Source: Alphaproteobacteria bacterium (lineage in GTDB: Bacteria; Pseudomonadota; Alphaproteobacteria; Rs-D84). From it: a stretch of DNA of 64,000 nt. The translations under genes were made by a program, and so were the position numbers. Within the stretch, counting starts at the first letter, position 1. Each line of letters begins with the position of its first letter. Positions 29,436 to 39,124 of this stretch are shown here, piece after piece. The stretch spans positions 5,294 to 69,293 of the forward strand of contig WRKW01000002.1 in NCBI GenBank assembly GCA_009777955.1. The letters are read 5' to 3'. The notes below the pieces were generated by a model. That model saw only the letters and a list, made by a program, of their open reading frames with translations, was not told where the DNA came from and searched no databases.

Positions 29436-30908
29436 TTATCCGATGGTTTGTCTTATGTAATCCAATACTATGTTTTGCATCGGATGATTTGCCGAAAGAT
29501 TTTGAATCGCTTTTTTCTGGGTAAAGACATTATGCAGTTTTATGGGTGGTACAGGCTTGTTATCTGGTTTTGTTGTTCCGTCGGTCATGTGTTGAATTTT
29601 CTTTTCTGGCATTTTTCCGTTCGATAAGTTTGCAAATGCCCCCTGTTGCCTGTCTATCAAAACAATGGCATCGGTCGCAGTTACATTATGGCTTTCAAGT
29701 AATTGCGCGACCTCCAGTATAGATTCCCCGCCGGTTGTAGTGTCTTCGACAACCAATGTGGTTCCAAATGCCTTTCCGACTATACTGCGCGTGTCGCCAT
29801 GATTTTTTGCGCCTTCTTTGCGCGGTGTTATGACGGGCTTTTTTAAATCCCGTGATATATCGAACCCCATACTTAATGCCCCGTATGGTACAGCGGTTAT
29901 ACTTTCCACATTGTCTGTGCCGATTGTTTCGCGTATCTTTTTTGACATAAGATAAGATGCTGTTTCGCGCAGATATGGATATGATTGAAGCATTCGTGCA
30001 TCCCAATAAAGCGGCGACAGTGTTCCGTTCTTTAATTTAAACCATTTTGCTTTATTCGCATCGGGTGCAATTTTCAGTATGTCATGTTTGATAAGATCTT
30101 CTATAAAATACTGTGTGATAGATTTCATTTGATATCCGTCTTTGGCCTCATTATTGATGGTATTTTTTAACATGTCCGCAAATTTCAAAGCCGTCAATCC
30201 GTTCGGGTATTTATTATCCGGTAATTCGATTGAAATCGGATAGATTGCGTTTGAACCCGCGCATGCAATGAAAGATAGTTCGCTGTCCTGATACCAAGAT
30301 TCCGGCATCATTATAAATACAGTGGTGTCGGTTGTATATCCGTTTTCCAACTCTGCCGCACGAATTTTTTGTAAATATTCTGGATTGGTGGAATCAATGG
30401 TTATCCCGACACGATCTGTATCGGCTTTGCGTATTTCTAATACTGTATGCTGGAATATCTGCATACCTTCGGAATACATATTTTGAATCCTGTTACATTT
30501 TGTTGCTGCAAAAACGCCTATGTTTGGATTGGCTTTAAGATATGGGATAATGGTTTCGGATTCTCCCATATATGAAGTGACGGTAATTATGTCTGGATGA
30601 AAATTTGCTATATTCTCTTTTGCCTGTTTTTCTTGGACGTTGTCAGTATCGTTGTGATTTGTATCAAGTATTCGTAATAAATCCGGATGTGTTTGTGCGG
30701 TATAAGACATGATGTCGCACAGGGTATTACAATTGTCTTTGTTATAATAGTCCGGATTTAGCTTGATTCCAACGATATGGGGAGCCAATTCGTCTATAAG
30801 TTTTTTTAATTGTATGGGGCTTATTTGTTTTTCGGATAATCTTGGCACAAGAATAAGACGGGAATTTTTTATTTTTATTTGTTGTAAGAGTTTTTTAAAT
30901 GCATGCAT
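29436..30908 (-). CDS. Fusion protein: OMP-decarboxylase-like N-domain plus orotate phosphoribosyltransferase C-domain (UMP-synthase-like, order OMPDC then OPRT)
   Basis: C-terminal half carries the OPRTase core (FKLKNGTLSPLYWD...PYGAL...PRKEGAKNHGD...LVVEDTTTGGESI PRPP loop). The N-terminal ~260 aa resemble a long-type OMP decarboxylase. Confidence 0.65.
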   Translation of the reverse strand: MHAFKKLLQQIKIKNSRLILVPRLSEKQISPIQLKKLIDELAPHIVGIKLNPDYYNKDNCNTLCDIMSYTAQTHPDLLRILDTNHNDTDNVQEKQAKENIANFHPDIITVTSYMGESETIIPYLKANPNIGVFAATKCNRIQNMYSEGMQIFQHTVLEIRKADTDRVGITIDSTNPEYLQKIRAAELENGYTTDTTVFIMMPESWYQDSELSFIACAGSNAIYPISIELPDNKYPNGLTALKFADMLKNTINNEAKDGYQMKSITQYFIEDLIKHDILKIAPDANKAKWFKLKNGTLSPLYWDARMLQSYPYLRETASYLMSKKIRETIGTDNVESITAVPYGALSMGFDISRDLKKPVITPRKEGAKNHGDTRSIVGKAFGTTLVVEDTTTGGESILEVAQLLESHNVTATDAIVLIDRQQGAFANLSNGKMPEKKIQHMTDGTTKPDNKPVPPIKLHNVFTQKKAIQNLSANHPMQNIVLDYIRQTIG

Positions 30909-30962
30909 GTCGTGTACTTTTTTGTTTGCAAAATTTGTCCATGAAATGATTGATTTTTACAA

Positions 30963-33900
30963 CTATATAAAGCTTTCCAATTCCCAATCATGTAACCAAA
31001 GGATATAGCCATGTATTGTTCGGTTTGGAAAGGCCGTGCGCAGCAAAGCCTCGTATTCCGCCACTTGTGCTGTGTATTTGTCCCGGTGTATTGTCTTGTC
31101 TGTGTCAGTTTTAAAGTCGACAAATTCGATGATATCGGATGTGACGATCATGCGGTCAATTCGTCGGCTGATGAATTTTCCGTTAACAAAACCCGCAACG
31201 GGGACTTCTGCGCGGGAATTTTTTTCAAAGAATCTGGCTATTTCCGGGTGCGTGCGGATTTTTTCTATCAACTTTGCATCGCCGTTGGTGTCGTCGCCGT
31301 CGATTAAAATATGCGATAATTGTCTGTGTATTTTTTCGCCCGCCTCGATAGCATATTTTCTACTTTCGCGTGCGGTAATAATATCCGATAAAGATTTATT
31401 CGAAAAGTCCGGGTTTAAAGGGGATTTTGTGATAAAAAGTGTACTTGATGTATTTTTTTCTCGTTTCGGACGGTCGTAAAATGTTTTTGTGTCGCTGCGG
31501 GATGTTTCGGGGGGGGCATCTTGCCCCGGGGCTTTCGGAACTTCTTTTTCTTGTGTGCATGCGATACGTGTTATGCCGTTTTCATCCGTTATTGCATTTG
31601 GATGTTCTGGAATCACATGTGACAGTGTTGTATGCCAGGCATCAATCGGGGGTTCTTTGGTGTTATTGAATCCGTAAATATATAATCTGTCACGGGCGCG
31701 CGTCATCGCAACATAAAGCAGACGATAATATTCTTCCAGTTGGATTTCGTATTTTTCCTGTATGGCCTTTAGAAACCTTTCTGATGCGACCGCCCGCCCT
31801 TTCCACAAGAACGGGTTGCCGTATTCAATGGTGTTGGGTATGGGGATTGGTTCTGCAATTCTGACCGCATTCGCACTGCGCGGGGTGCGAATAGTGTCGA
31901 CAAGGAATATGATCGGTGCCTCCAGGCCTTTAGAGCTGTGTGTAGTGACAATCCGAACCCCGGCACTTGCATCTATATCACGAATGATTTCATTGGCACC
32001 GTCTGTGAACCACCGTATGAATTCTTTCAGACCGCCCGGTCTTGTGCGTTCGTATGACAGGCAAATGGTTAAAAATTCTTCCAATGGGTCGATTGCCTGT
32101 CGTCCCAGGGCGGATATAAGTTTTTCTCTTCGTTCTTCGGTATTCAAAAGCCACATGAAAAATGAATAAGGCGAAAGGCTTTTTTGCACTATGATTTGTT
32201 CTATTTGTTTGTAACATTCGTTATTTAACCCGTTGATATGGCTGAATAAGTCAGTATATTGCCTGTTTCGGCATAAATCGAACAATTCTGCTTCATTCAT
32301 TCTAAAAAATGGGGATTTTAATATACAGGCAAGCAAATAGTCATCGGTCGGATCAAGTGCGAACCGCGCTGTGTTTAACAGGTCGCGTATTGCCGGAAAG
32401 TCAGGTAATCTTATGCGATCGCTTCCGGCCACGGGTATGTTTCGGGATTGTAATTCTTCTATCAGGGGTGCTGCAAATGGTGCACGTCGCTGTACCAGAA
32501 TCATGATGTCGGATGGTAAAATGTTACGGTCGGCAGATTCTAATCGTTCGCCACAGAGCAGACTTTCAATTTTTCCGGCTATTTTGCATATAAAATCATG
32601 CCGTCCCATAGCGGTGTCTTGGTTTTCTGCGGGTTTTGATAATGGATGTAATTCGACTAAGCCCGCATCGCCATTGCGGAATATTTTATGATGATTATTT
32701 TCAAACTTTGATAATGAACTGATTGATATATCGTTAAAAAAATAATCCACGCTTGATAAAATTGGCGCGGTAGAGCGAAAGGATTGTGACAGTGGCACTT
32801 CGGAAATTCGTCGTTGATCGTTTTTTATTTGTGTGTCTATGGTGTCTTTTGATGCCGAAAATGATCTTGGATTTGCGCCCTGGAATGAAAAAATCGACTG
32901 TTTTGCGTCCCCAACAACAAAAAGAGACCTTGGGTTTTCGGTTTTGTCCCCGTCGGTGAAAAAATTTGTGGTCATAGAGCACATAATTTCCCATTGCTCG
33001 GGGGATGTGTCTTGGGCTTCGTCTATTAATATATGTTTCAGGTTGTTATCCAGTTGTGATAGTATCCATCCCATTTTGGCGGGGTCGGAAAATAGTTTGT
33101 TAACGTGCAGAATTAAATCGTCAAAGTCAAGTGTTGCCCGCAAGTGTTTAATCGAACTGTATTTTTTTACAAACGCATCGGTAAGGTCAAACAATGCGAC
33201 AGAGTTTTCGAAAATTTCCCTGTTCGTATTTTCTTGATCTAATGCGTGCACAAGCTCTTGTTCTTCGGCCAGGTAATCTTTTTTTGCGACATTGGATATT
33301 TTTGTTCCTGTTGCGGTTAAAAACGCGCATTTGTATTCTTCAAAGTTTTCACCAGTGAATTTTTTCACAGCTTCCGAGATTTTTAATAAATATCCGGCGG
33401 GTTTGGCCTCTGTTGCAACCATGTCTGGGATTGAATTGCGATTCGTGGCGGCGGCGGGGCTGTGGAATTTGGTTTTGGCCGATTCGTTTATTTTTAAAAA
33501 TTGTTTAATATTATCAATATATTGTTCGCGATAATTAAAATTATTTCTAATCTTAAAAAAGTGTCTATATTGCCCGGTTATTATATTCAAAAGGTCATCT
33601 AATGAATATTCTGATACCTGATCCAGGATGCGGGAAAAGGCATCTTTTACCAATGGCGATTGATCGGTGCCACCCACCAATTCTTGAAATACGTCTTTCA
33701 GCAATCGCTTTTGATCCGCCCCGGATACAAGATGCCAGGCGGGTGCAATGCCGGCTTCCATGGGAAATCGGCGTAAAATTTCTTCGCAAAATCCATGAAT
33801 TGTCCGAATTTTCAACATTCCTGGATTGTCTATATATTCATAAAAGATTGTTCGCGCCCGTACCAGATCGCTTTCTGTTGGTACTGAACCATGATTTATC

Positions 33901-34172
33901 CCATGCAAAAGGTCGCGCAGTTCTTTGTCTTCCGCCATTGCCAATTTGCGCAATTCGGCCAGAACCCGGTTCCGCATTTCCCCCGCGCCGGCATTTGTAT
34001 ATGTCAGACATAGAATGCCATCCCGTGTATCGGTGCTTTTTAACAAAATTCGCAACAGACGCTGTACCAAAACACTTGTTTTTCCGGTTCCGGCATTGGC
34101 CTGAACCCAGACGTTTTGCGTGGGGTCACTGGCTTTGGCTTGTTCTTTTGAAAATTCTCGTTTTGATGACAT
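30963..34172 (-). CDS. addA: Double-strand break repair helicase-nuclease AddA (UvrD-like helicase plus C-terminal RecB-family nuclease)
   Basis: N-terminal Walker A ANAGTGKTSVL. Helicase motifs through aa 750. C-terminal nuclease motif IDRMIVTSDIIEFVDFKTD. Confidence 0.85.
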   Translation of the reverse strand: MSSKREFSKEQAKASDPTQNVWVQANAGTGKTSVLVQRLLRILLKSTDTRDGILCLTYTNAGAGEMRNRVLAELRKLAMAEDKELRDLLHGINHGSVPTESDLVRARTIFYEYIDNPGMLKIRTIHGFCEEILRRFPMEAGIAPAWHLVSGADQKRLLKDVFQELVGGTDQSPLVKDAFSRILDQVSEYSLDDLLNIITGQYRHFFKIRNNFNYREQYIDNIKQFLKINESAKTKFHSPAAATNRNSIPDMVATEAKPAGYLLKISEAVKKFTGENFEEYKCAFLTATGTKISNVAKKDYLAEEQELVHALDQENTNREIFENSVALFDLTDAFVKKYSSIKHLRATLDFDDLILHVNKLFSDPAKMGWILSQLDNNLKHILIDEAQDTSPEQWEIMCSMTTNFFTDGDKTENPRSLFVVGDAKQSIFSFQGANPRSFSASKDTIDTQIKNDQRRISEVPLSQSFRSTAPILSSVDYFFNDISISSLSKFENNHHKIFRNGDAGLVELHPLSKPAENQDTAMGRHDFICKIAGKIESLLCGERLESADRNILPSDIMILVQRRAPFAAPLIEELQSRNIPVAGSDRIRLPDFPAIRDLLNTARFALDPTDDYLLACILKSPFFRMNEAELFDLCRNRQYTDLFSHINGLNNECYKQIEQIIVQKSLSPYSFFMWLLNTEERREKLISALGRQAIDPLEEFLTICLSYERTRPGGLKEFIRWFTDGANEIIRDIDASAGVRIVTTHSSKGLEAPIIFLVDTIRTPRSANAVRIAEPIPIPNTIEYGNPFLWKGRAVASERFLKAIQEKYEIQLEEYYRLLYVAMTRARDRLYIYGFNNTKEPPIDAWHTTLSHVIPEHPNAITDENGITRIACTQEKEVPKAPGQDAPPETSRSDTKTFYDRPKREKNTSSTLFITKSPLNPDFSNKSLSDIITARESRKYAIEAGEKIHRQLSHILIDGDDTNGDAKLIEKIRTHPEIARFFEKNSRAEVPVAGFVNGKFISRRIDRMIVTSDIIEFVDFKTDTDKTIHRDKYTAQVAEYEALLRTAFPNRTIHGYILWLHDWELESFI

Positions 34173-34329
34173 CTGGCTTTCAATGTTATCTATAAATGGT
34201 TGTCTTGCTTATTCATTTTTATATTGCTTTGCTTTTACTAATTATAGTATAAATTCATTGAAAAATCAATAAAAAGCCGTCCGTACGGCTTGTGGCCGAA
34301 TGTTAAGTCTGTGACAAAGGATTTGTAAA

Positions 34330-34905
34330 ATGAAGAAATTAAAACGAAACGAATCTGGAATATGGGTAATGGTTGCCGTGGGGGATGAATTCATTCATCC
34401 GGATGCAAATATATGCAATAGCGGTATAGGAAAGATCAATGCCGCAATCGCTGTGCAGCATATTATAGATACGGAACAGCCAAAGCTTATTGTGCTTATG
34501 GGTATGGCCGGCAGTAGCAGATTCAAATACGGACAAATAGTAAATCCGACCAGCTGGGTGCAGCGGGATATGAATTTGACCGAATTTATGGGGTCAAAAT
34601 ATGTGGTGCCATTCAGTGATGATGATCCAATATTAAGATATGGTCGCCGCGACGAAAGATATCCAGACGCAATTTGTGGTTCTGGTGATGGCTTTATCCG
34701 CAACACGACAGAGGGTATTTGGGACTGTGTAGAGATGGAGGGCTTTGCGATAGCGTATGCATGCCGCGAAGCGGGTGTGCCGTTTATAGCGTACAAATTT
34801 ATCAGTGATCCGGCATCTGCAAATACACAAGATCACGAGTGGGAAGCATCTTTGGATGAAGCCCGCGCGGCGTTGCACGGGGTTTACGAAAATATGGAAA
34901 AATGA
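34330..34905 (+). CDS. MTA/SAH nucleosidase-family (PNP_UDP_1) protein
   Basis: SGIGKINAAIAV, LMGMAGS, VEMEGFAIAYAC and ISD align with E. coli MtnN motifs. Short at 191 aa. Confidence 0.65.
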   Translation: MKKLKRNESGIWVMVAVGDEFIHPDANICNSGIGKINAAIAVQHIIDTEQPKLIVLMGMAGSSRFKYGQIVNPTSWVQRDMNLTEFMGSKYVVPFSDDDPILRYGRRDERYPDAICGSGDGFIRNTTEGIWDCVEMEGFAIAYACREAGVPFIAYKFISDPASANTQDHEWEASLDEARAALHGVYENMEK

Positions 34906-35046
34906 ACAGATGTGCAACTTATTGTATAAATTTCGATTTGGATTGAATTGCGGGCATGATGGCTTTGGTGAAAGTTTTGTCGTGGGACGGATTGCCGTAT
35001 CAGCCCACCCGATTGTTCGAATTTAATTGATAAAAAAAGGTATAAA

Positions 35047-35631
35047 ATGGTGAAAGAAATAGAATTGAAATTTTATCCTGTGGACAAAGATGAAATTCGT
35101 GGGCGATTAAGCGCGGCGGGCTTTCGATTGGATGCCCCGGAATTTATGATGACGCGTGCAACTTTTGATGCTCCACCGCATTTGGGAAAATCATGGGGTC
35201 GTGTGCGTACAGAAAAGGACAGGGTTACAATGTCCATAAAGTGCGTAGATTCTTTGTGCCTTACGGGAACGTCTGAATGGCAGGTGGTGGTAAATTCTTT
35301 TGATGCGGCGGTTGGTTTTATGTCTGCCGCCGGGTTTAGAAAGAAAGCCATTCAAGAAAATACCAGAGAAATATGGATACGCGAAAGTGTCGAAGCCACC
35401 ATTGATACATGGCCGGGGCTGGATCCCTATATAGAAATTGAATCGGAAGCATCCGATGAAGACATTGCTGTTGCGGCGGTTTATAAAGCGGTATCAGATC
35501 TTGGCTTTAACAAAGACGATGCGATGTTTGGAAGTTCTGATCTTGTTTACGAAAAAATTCTGGGTATTCCAAGCCATGATATTTGTAGCCTGCCCGAAAT
35601 AACCTTTGATAATCCGCCGGTAAAAAAATAG
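35047..35631 (+). CDS. CYTH-domain protein (class IV adenylate cyclase / triphosphate tunnel metalloenzyme family)
   Basis: N-terminal EIELKF (ExExK signature). About 190 aa. Confidence 0.7.
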   Translation: MVKEIELKFYPVDKDEIRGRLSAAGFRLDAPEFMMTRATFDAPPHLGKSWGRVRTEKDRVTMSIKCVDSLCLTGTSEWQVVVNSFDAAVGFMSAAGFRKKAIQENTREIWIRESVEATIDTWPGLDPYIEIESEASDEDIAVAAVYKAVSDLGFNKDDAMFGSSDLVYEKILGIPSHDICSLPEITFDNPPVKK

Positions 35632-35758
35632 CGTGGGCGAATAATAAAAACGTGTACAGGATTTCAACGGCAACGAAATCGTTGCCTTAACTTTATCCTA
35701 GACTTTTATGTTCCTTTTTTGCTAGATTTGACTTTGATAAAGGAAATCGGAGAAAAGC

Positions 35759-37696
35759 ATGGATACTATTCTTATAATTGGTTTTGCTACGGCGTTGTTG
35801 GTCGTATGCGCGGTTATCATGGCATTAATGGCGCGCCGGTCGCAAAAGGCGGCGGAATCCTTGATGTTGCTGTTGACACGACCCGAACGCATGAAGGTTC
35901 AGGATGCAGCCCGCGTGTTACAGGTCGTGCTGGCCGGAGAGATAGAAAAAATAGAATCCAATTTCAAATCAATATCCGGTGTTTTGGATAATCAAATACA
36001 GCGTGCTGATGAATTGTCGAAACACTTGGGGCAGCATAATGCATTGTTGGTTGGTACCGCGGACGAAGCGTCGCGGAAAATGACTATAATGAATCAACGT
36101 CTTGAAAATATGTTGACCGGGTTTGACAGGATAGTCAATTCCCAAGAATGGTCTGAACTGGAAAGTGCGGCCGAAAGATTTCATGATAGAATCAATGATT
36201 TGTTAAATAGAGTTGATGCATCGGCGCAAGATGCGATAGAGCGTACGAAAACATTACAGGGTCATATAGATGGTTGGATTGATTCCGGTAAAAAGATGTC
36301 GGCGATGTTACATACGGATATGGAATCCAATACTTCGCAAATGAATTCAATGGTTGTAGAATCAGATGCCATGAAGGAAAAGCTGGAATCCCTGGCAAAA
36401 ACTGTGGCTGAGGGTTTTGGCGGCGTACGGCGCGAAGCCGTCGGGTACGAGGCATCAATGGTAGAAGGCGGAAAACTGTTGGATAGCCAGTTGGAAAAGC
36501 TGGATGATTTCACAAAAAAATCAAAAACACTGTTGGTGACGCAAATCAACGGGCTGACCAATACTGCTAATAGCGTCGGCGCACAAATACGCCTTGCCGA
36601 AGCGTCGATGGAAAAACAGGAAAAAATACTGCGCGAAACTATTACAGAAATGACAGCGGCCGCACAAAATACCGAGGGGTCTGTGCGTAATGTTGTCGGG
36701 GAAGTATCCATTCTGGCCGGTAAATTCAATGGTGAAATCAAAGACTTTACAAGCGAAGTTGTGTCAGAACTTAAAGCCGTCCAAGGTGTCGCAAACAATA
36801 CATTAGATGATACCAAAGCTGCGGCCGGGGCATTCAGCGAATCCGTACGCACGATGGCCGAAGGCGTACGCGAAACGCTTATAGAAATGAATAATGCCCA
36901 CACAATGCTGACCAGCCAGTCGGATGAGCTTATAAAAGTATCTGCCGATACGACTGCACAATTGCAACCATTGTCAGAGCTGATAGAAAGATACACTGGT
37001 GCCCTGCCCGAACTTACCAGTGGAAGTGCACAGCTGTCCGAGCAACTGGAAAACGATATTAATACATTGGAAGAAAAGATTGCCGGGCTTCATGGCACTA
37101 TGGAAACATCAATCGTGGGTATCGCAGATTCGTCTATGAAATTGGATCATTTGGCTGGTGAATCGCGTCAACAAATGATAGATCTTATGTCTGATTATGC
37201 AAAGGCGGTTGATACCATGAAAACTCTGACGGCGCAAATGGCTGAAACCCGCGCATCCGCTCCGATGAAAGCGGTTGCAAAGGGTATCGATGCCATGGCA
37301 TCTGGCGGCAGTGCTTCGGTCGCACCCAGAATATCGGCGGATGATTTCATAGGCAGTGCCGGCGCGCTTATAGAAAGGTTGCACGAACTTTCGGTCGACC
37401 TTACCCGTGCGGTTGGTGCGGAAATCCCTGACGCTGTTTGGGCAAAGTATCATTCCGGGGACAAGTCAATATTTTCCAAATGGTTTGCAAAGATGCTGAA
37501 TGCGGCCGATAAGCGAAAGGTAAAAGATTTGTTCAAATCCGATGCGGTATTCCGCAGCCAGGCGACGCAATTTGTACGTGGATTTGCAAAAATGTTGGCG
37601 GGTGCCGAACAGACGGATAACCGTGAACTTATAGTCGGAACTCTGTTAAAGACCGATTTGGGACAGATGTATTTGGCATTAAAGGCTTATCTTTGA
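35759..37696 (+). CDS. Membrane-anchored coiled-coil protein (645 aa)
   Basis: Single N-terminal transmembrane helix, then about 600 aa of heptad-rich Ala/Glu/Leu/Thr sequence. No MCP signalling motif seen. Confidence 0.5.
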   Translation: MDTILIIGFATALLVVCAVIMALMARRSQKAAESLMLLLTRPERMKVQDAARVLQVVLAGEIEKIESNFKSISGVLDNQIQRADELSKHLGQHNALLVGTADEASRKMTIMNQRLENMLTGFDRIVNSQEWSELESAAERFHDRINDLLNRVDASAQDAIERTKTLQGHIDGWIDSGKKMSAMLHTDMESNTSQMNSMVVESDAMKEKLESLAKTVAEGFGGVRREAVGYEASMVEGGKLLDSQLEKLDDFTKKSKTLLVTQINGLTNTANSVGAQIRLAEASMEKQEKILRETITEMTAAAQNTEGSVRNVVGEVSILAGKFNGEIKDFTSEVVSELKAVQGVANNTLDDTKAAAGAFSESVRTMAEGVRETLIEMNNAHTMLTSQSDELIKVSADTTAQLQPLSELIERYTGALPELTSGSAQLSEQLENDINTLEEKIAGLHGTMETSIVGIADSSMKLDHLAGESRQQMIDLMSDYAKAVDTMKTLTAQMAETRASAPMKAVAKGIDAMASGGSASVAPRISADDFIGSAGALIERLHELSVDLTRAVGAEIPDAVWAKYHSGDKSIFSKWFAKMLNAADKRKVKDLFKSDAVFRSQATQFVRGFAKMLAGAEQTDNRELIVGTLLKTDLGQMYLALKAYL

Positions 37697-38439
37697 TTAT
37701 AATTTGTGACAAATATGTCGTGCGCTTCGATTTGAAATGAGAAATCTGGATTTCTAGACATTATTTCGTGAATTTTGTTGTCGATCTTTGAATTGAACTC
37801 GATGGCGGATTCTTTTGGTTTTTCGAATATCCCATAAATTTCTTCGCCGCCAAATGTCATGTCGTAAATAGCGGTAATCCGCTTCATGCCGTCGGCTTGC
37901 AGTTCGTCTATAATTCTGATGCATTCCGGCCTTATCATATTAAAGTTTTGAAAATTTATTAGTTTTTTTGTTCTGTATTGCTCTATCTCTCTACCCTGGC
38001 ATCCATTTATTCGCAAGCGTCCGCCGGGTTTCAAATACAACATGGCCCTTAAATAAAACAATTTTGCGGCGGCGGCGTTTATCGCATACATAGGAAGCGA
38101 ATATAGTGCAAGCCCTTCGTCGAACGTTTCTGCCGAAAATCCCCTGTATGTCACAAAGTCGTCATTGATGGTTTTTACAGGTGAAGGATAATAACCCGGG
38201 TGCAGGTCTATGTTCGTAAAATTATATTTTTGCAATATTTGGTGTGTGAAATAAAGTGGGGATTCTCCGCCGCCGATAAGAAGTACATCGGAACCAGCGG
38301 TTGGATAAGATGATAAAAGCAACTTGTTTACATATTCATGAAATGGCCGTTCACGGTTTTGTTCGCACAGTCTGTTTGTTTTGTGTTCTGTTGTGTCGTA
38401 GTTATAATTCATAAAGGAATTATATTGCAAATGGGGCAT
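37687..38439 (-). CDS. Hypothetical protein, possibly class I SAM-methyltransferase-like
   Basis: VLLIGGGES glycine-rich motif. Convergent 10-bp overlap with the previous gene. Confidence 0.35.
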   Translation of the reverse strand: MPHLQYNSFMNYNYDTTEHKTNRLCEQNRERPFHEYVNKLLLSSYPTAGSDVLLIGGGESPLYFTHQILQKYNFTNIDLHPGYYPSPVKTINDDFVTYRGFSAETFDEGLALYSLPMYAINAAAAKLFYLRAMLYLKPGGRLRINGCQGREIEQYRTKKLINFQNFNMIRPECIRIIDELQADGMKRITAIYDMTFGGEEIYGIFEKPKESAIEFNSKIDNKIHEIMSRNPDFSFQIEAHDIFVTNYNQR

Positions 38440-38585
38440 TTGTCAATATGACTTTTGATTCTTGGGGTCGAAAGATATCGGATTTAAGATATAATTTTTG
38501 CATTATGCAGAAAAATCGCAAAAATTCCCTTGAAAATCGATTCGGTTTACATTATATTAACCCAAGCCAAATAAAGGAATTTCCT

Positions 38586-39110
38586 ATGAATTATCCGTAT
38601 ATGCCCAAATCCACTGCGTTGTGGCTGGTTGAAAATACCTCATTATCCTTTGAACAAATTGCTGATTTCTGCGGTTTGCACGAATTGGAAGTCAAATCAA
38701 TAGCCGATGCCGAAACACATAAAGTCCAGGGTTTGGATCCGGTTTTATCGGGTCAGATAGCGCGTGATGATATAAAGCGTTGCGAATCCGATCCGACTGC
38801 GCGGCTTGTTTTGCTGGAAAGCATCGTTATGGCTCAGAAATCCCAGAATAAAAAAGGTGTCGGATATACCCCGATGTTGCACCGCCAAAATCGTTTGGGT
38901 GGAATTTTGTGGATTGTGAAGAATTATCCTGAGCTGACCGATGGCCAGGTTGCCCGCCTTATGCGCAGCACCAACCCAACAGTGGCAAGCGTCCGTAACA
39001 AAACGCACAAGAATTATTCCAACATCCATATTCAAAGCCCGATAGTGCTGGGTCTGGTTTCGGAATCAGCACTGCACGAAGCTGTCGCCAAAGCGCGGAA
39101 AAATTCATAA
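38586..39110 (+). CDS. DUF1013-family protein (TrcR-like), tentative
   Basis: MPKSTALWLVENTSLSFEQIADFCGLHELEV and a conserved alphaproteobacterial neighbourhood upstream of rpoD. Confidence 0.5.
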   Translation: MNYPYMPKSTALWLVENTSLSFEQIADFCGLHELEVKSIADAETHKVQGLDPVLSGQIARDDIKRCESDPTARLVLLESIVMAQKSQNKKGVGYTPMLHRQNRLGGILWIVKNYPELTDGQVARLMRSTNPTVASVRNKTHKNYSNIHIQSPIVLGLVSESALHEAVAKARKNS

Positions 39111-39124
39111 ATTTTTAAGGTTTC

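Noticed and set aside
36262-36996. 244-aa minus-strand ORF
   Set aside because: It is antisense to the coiled-coil gene. Ser-rich antisense frames are common over Ala/Glu-rich sense frames.
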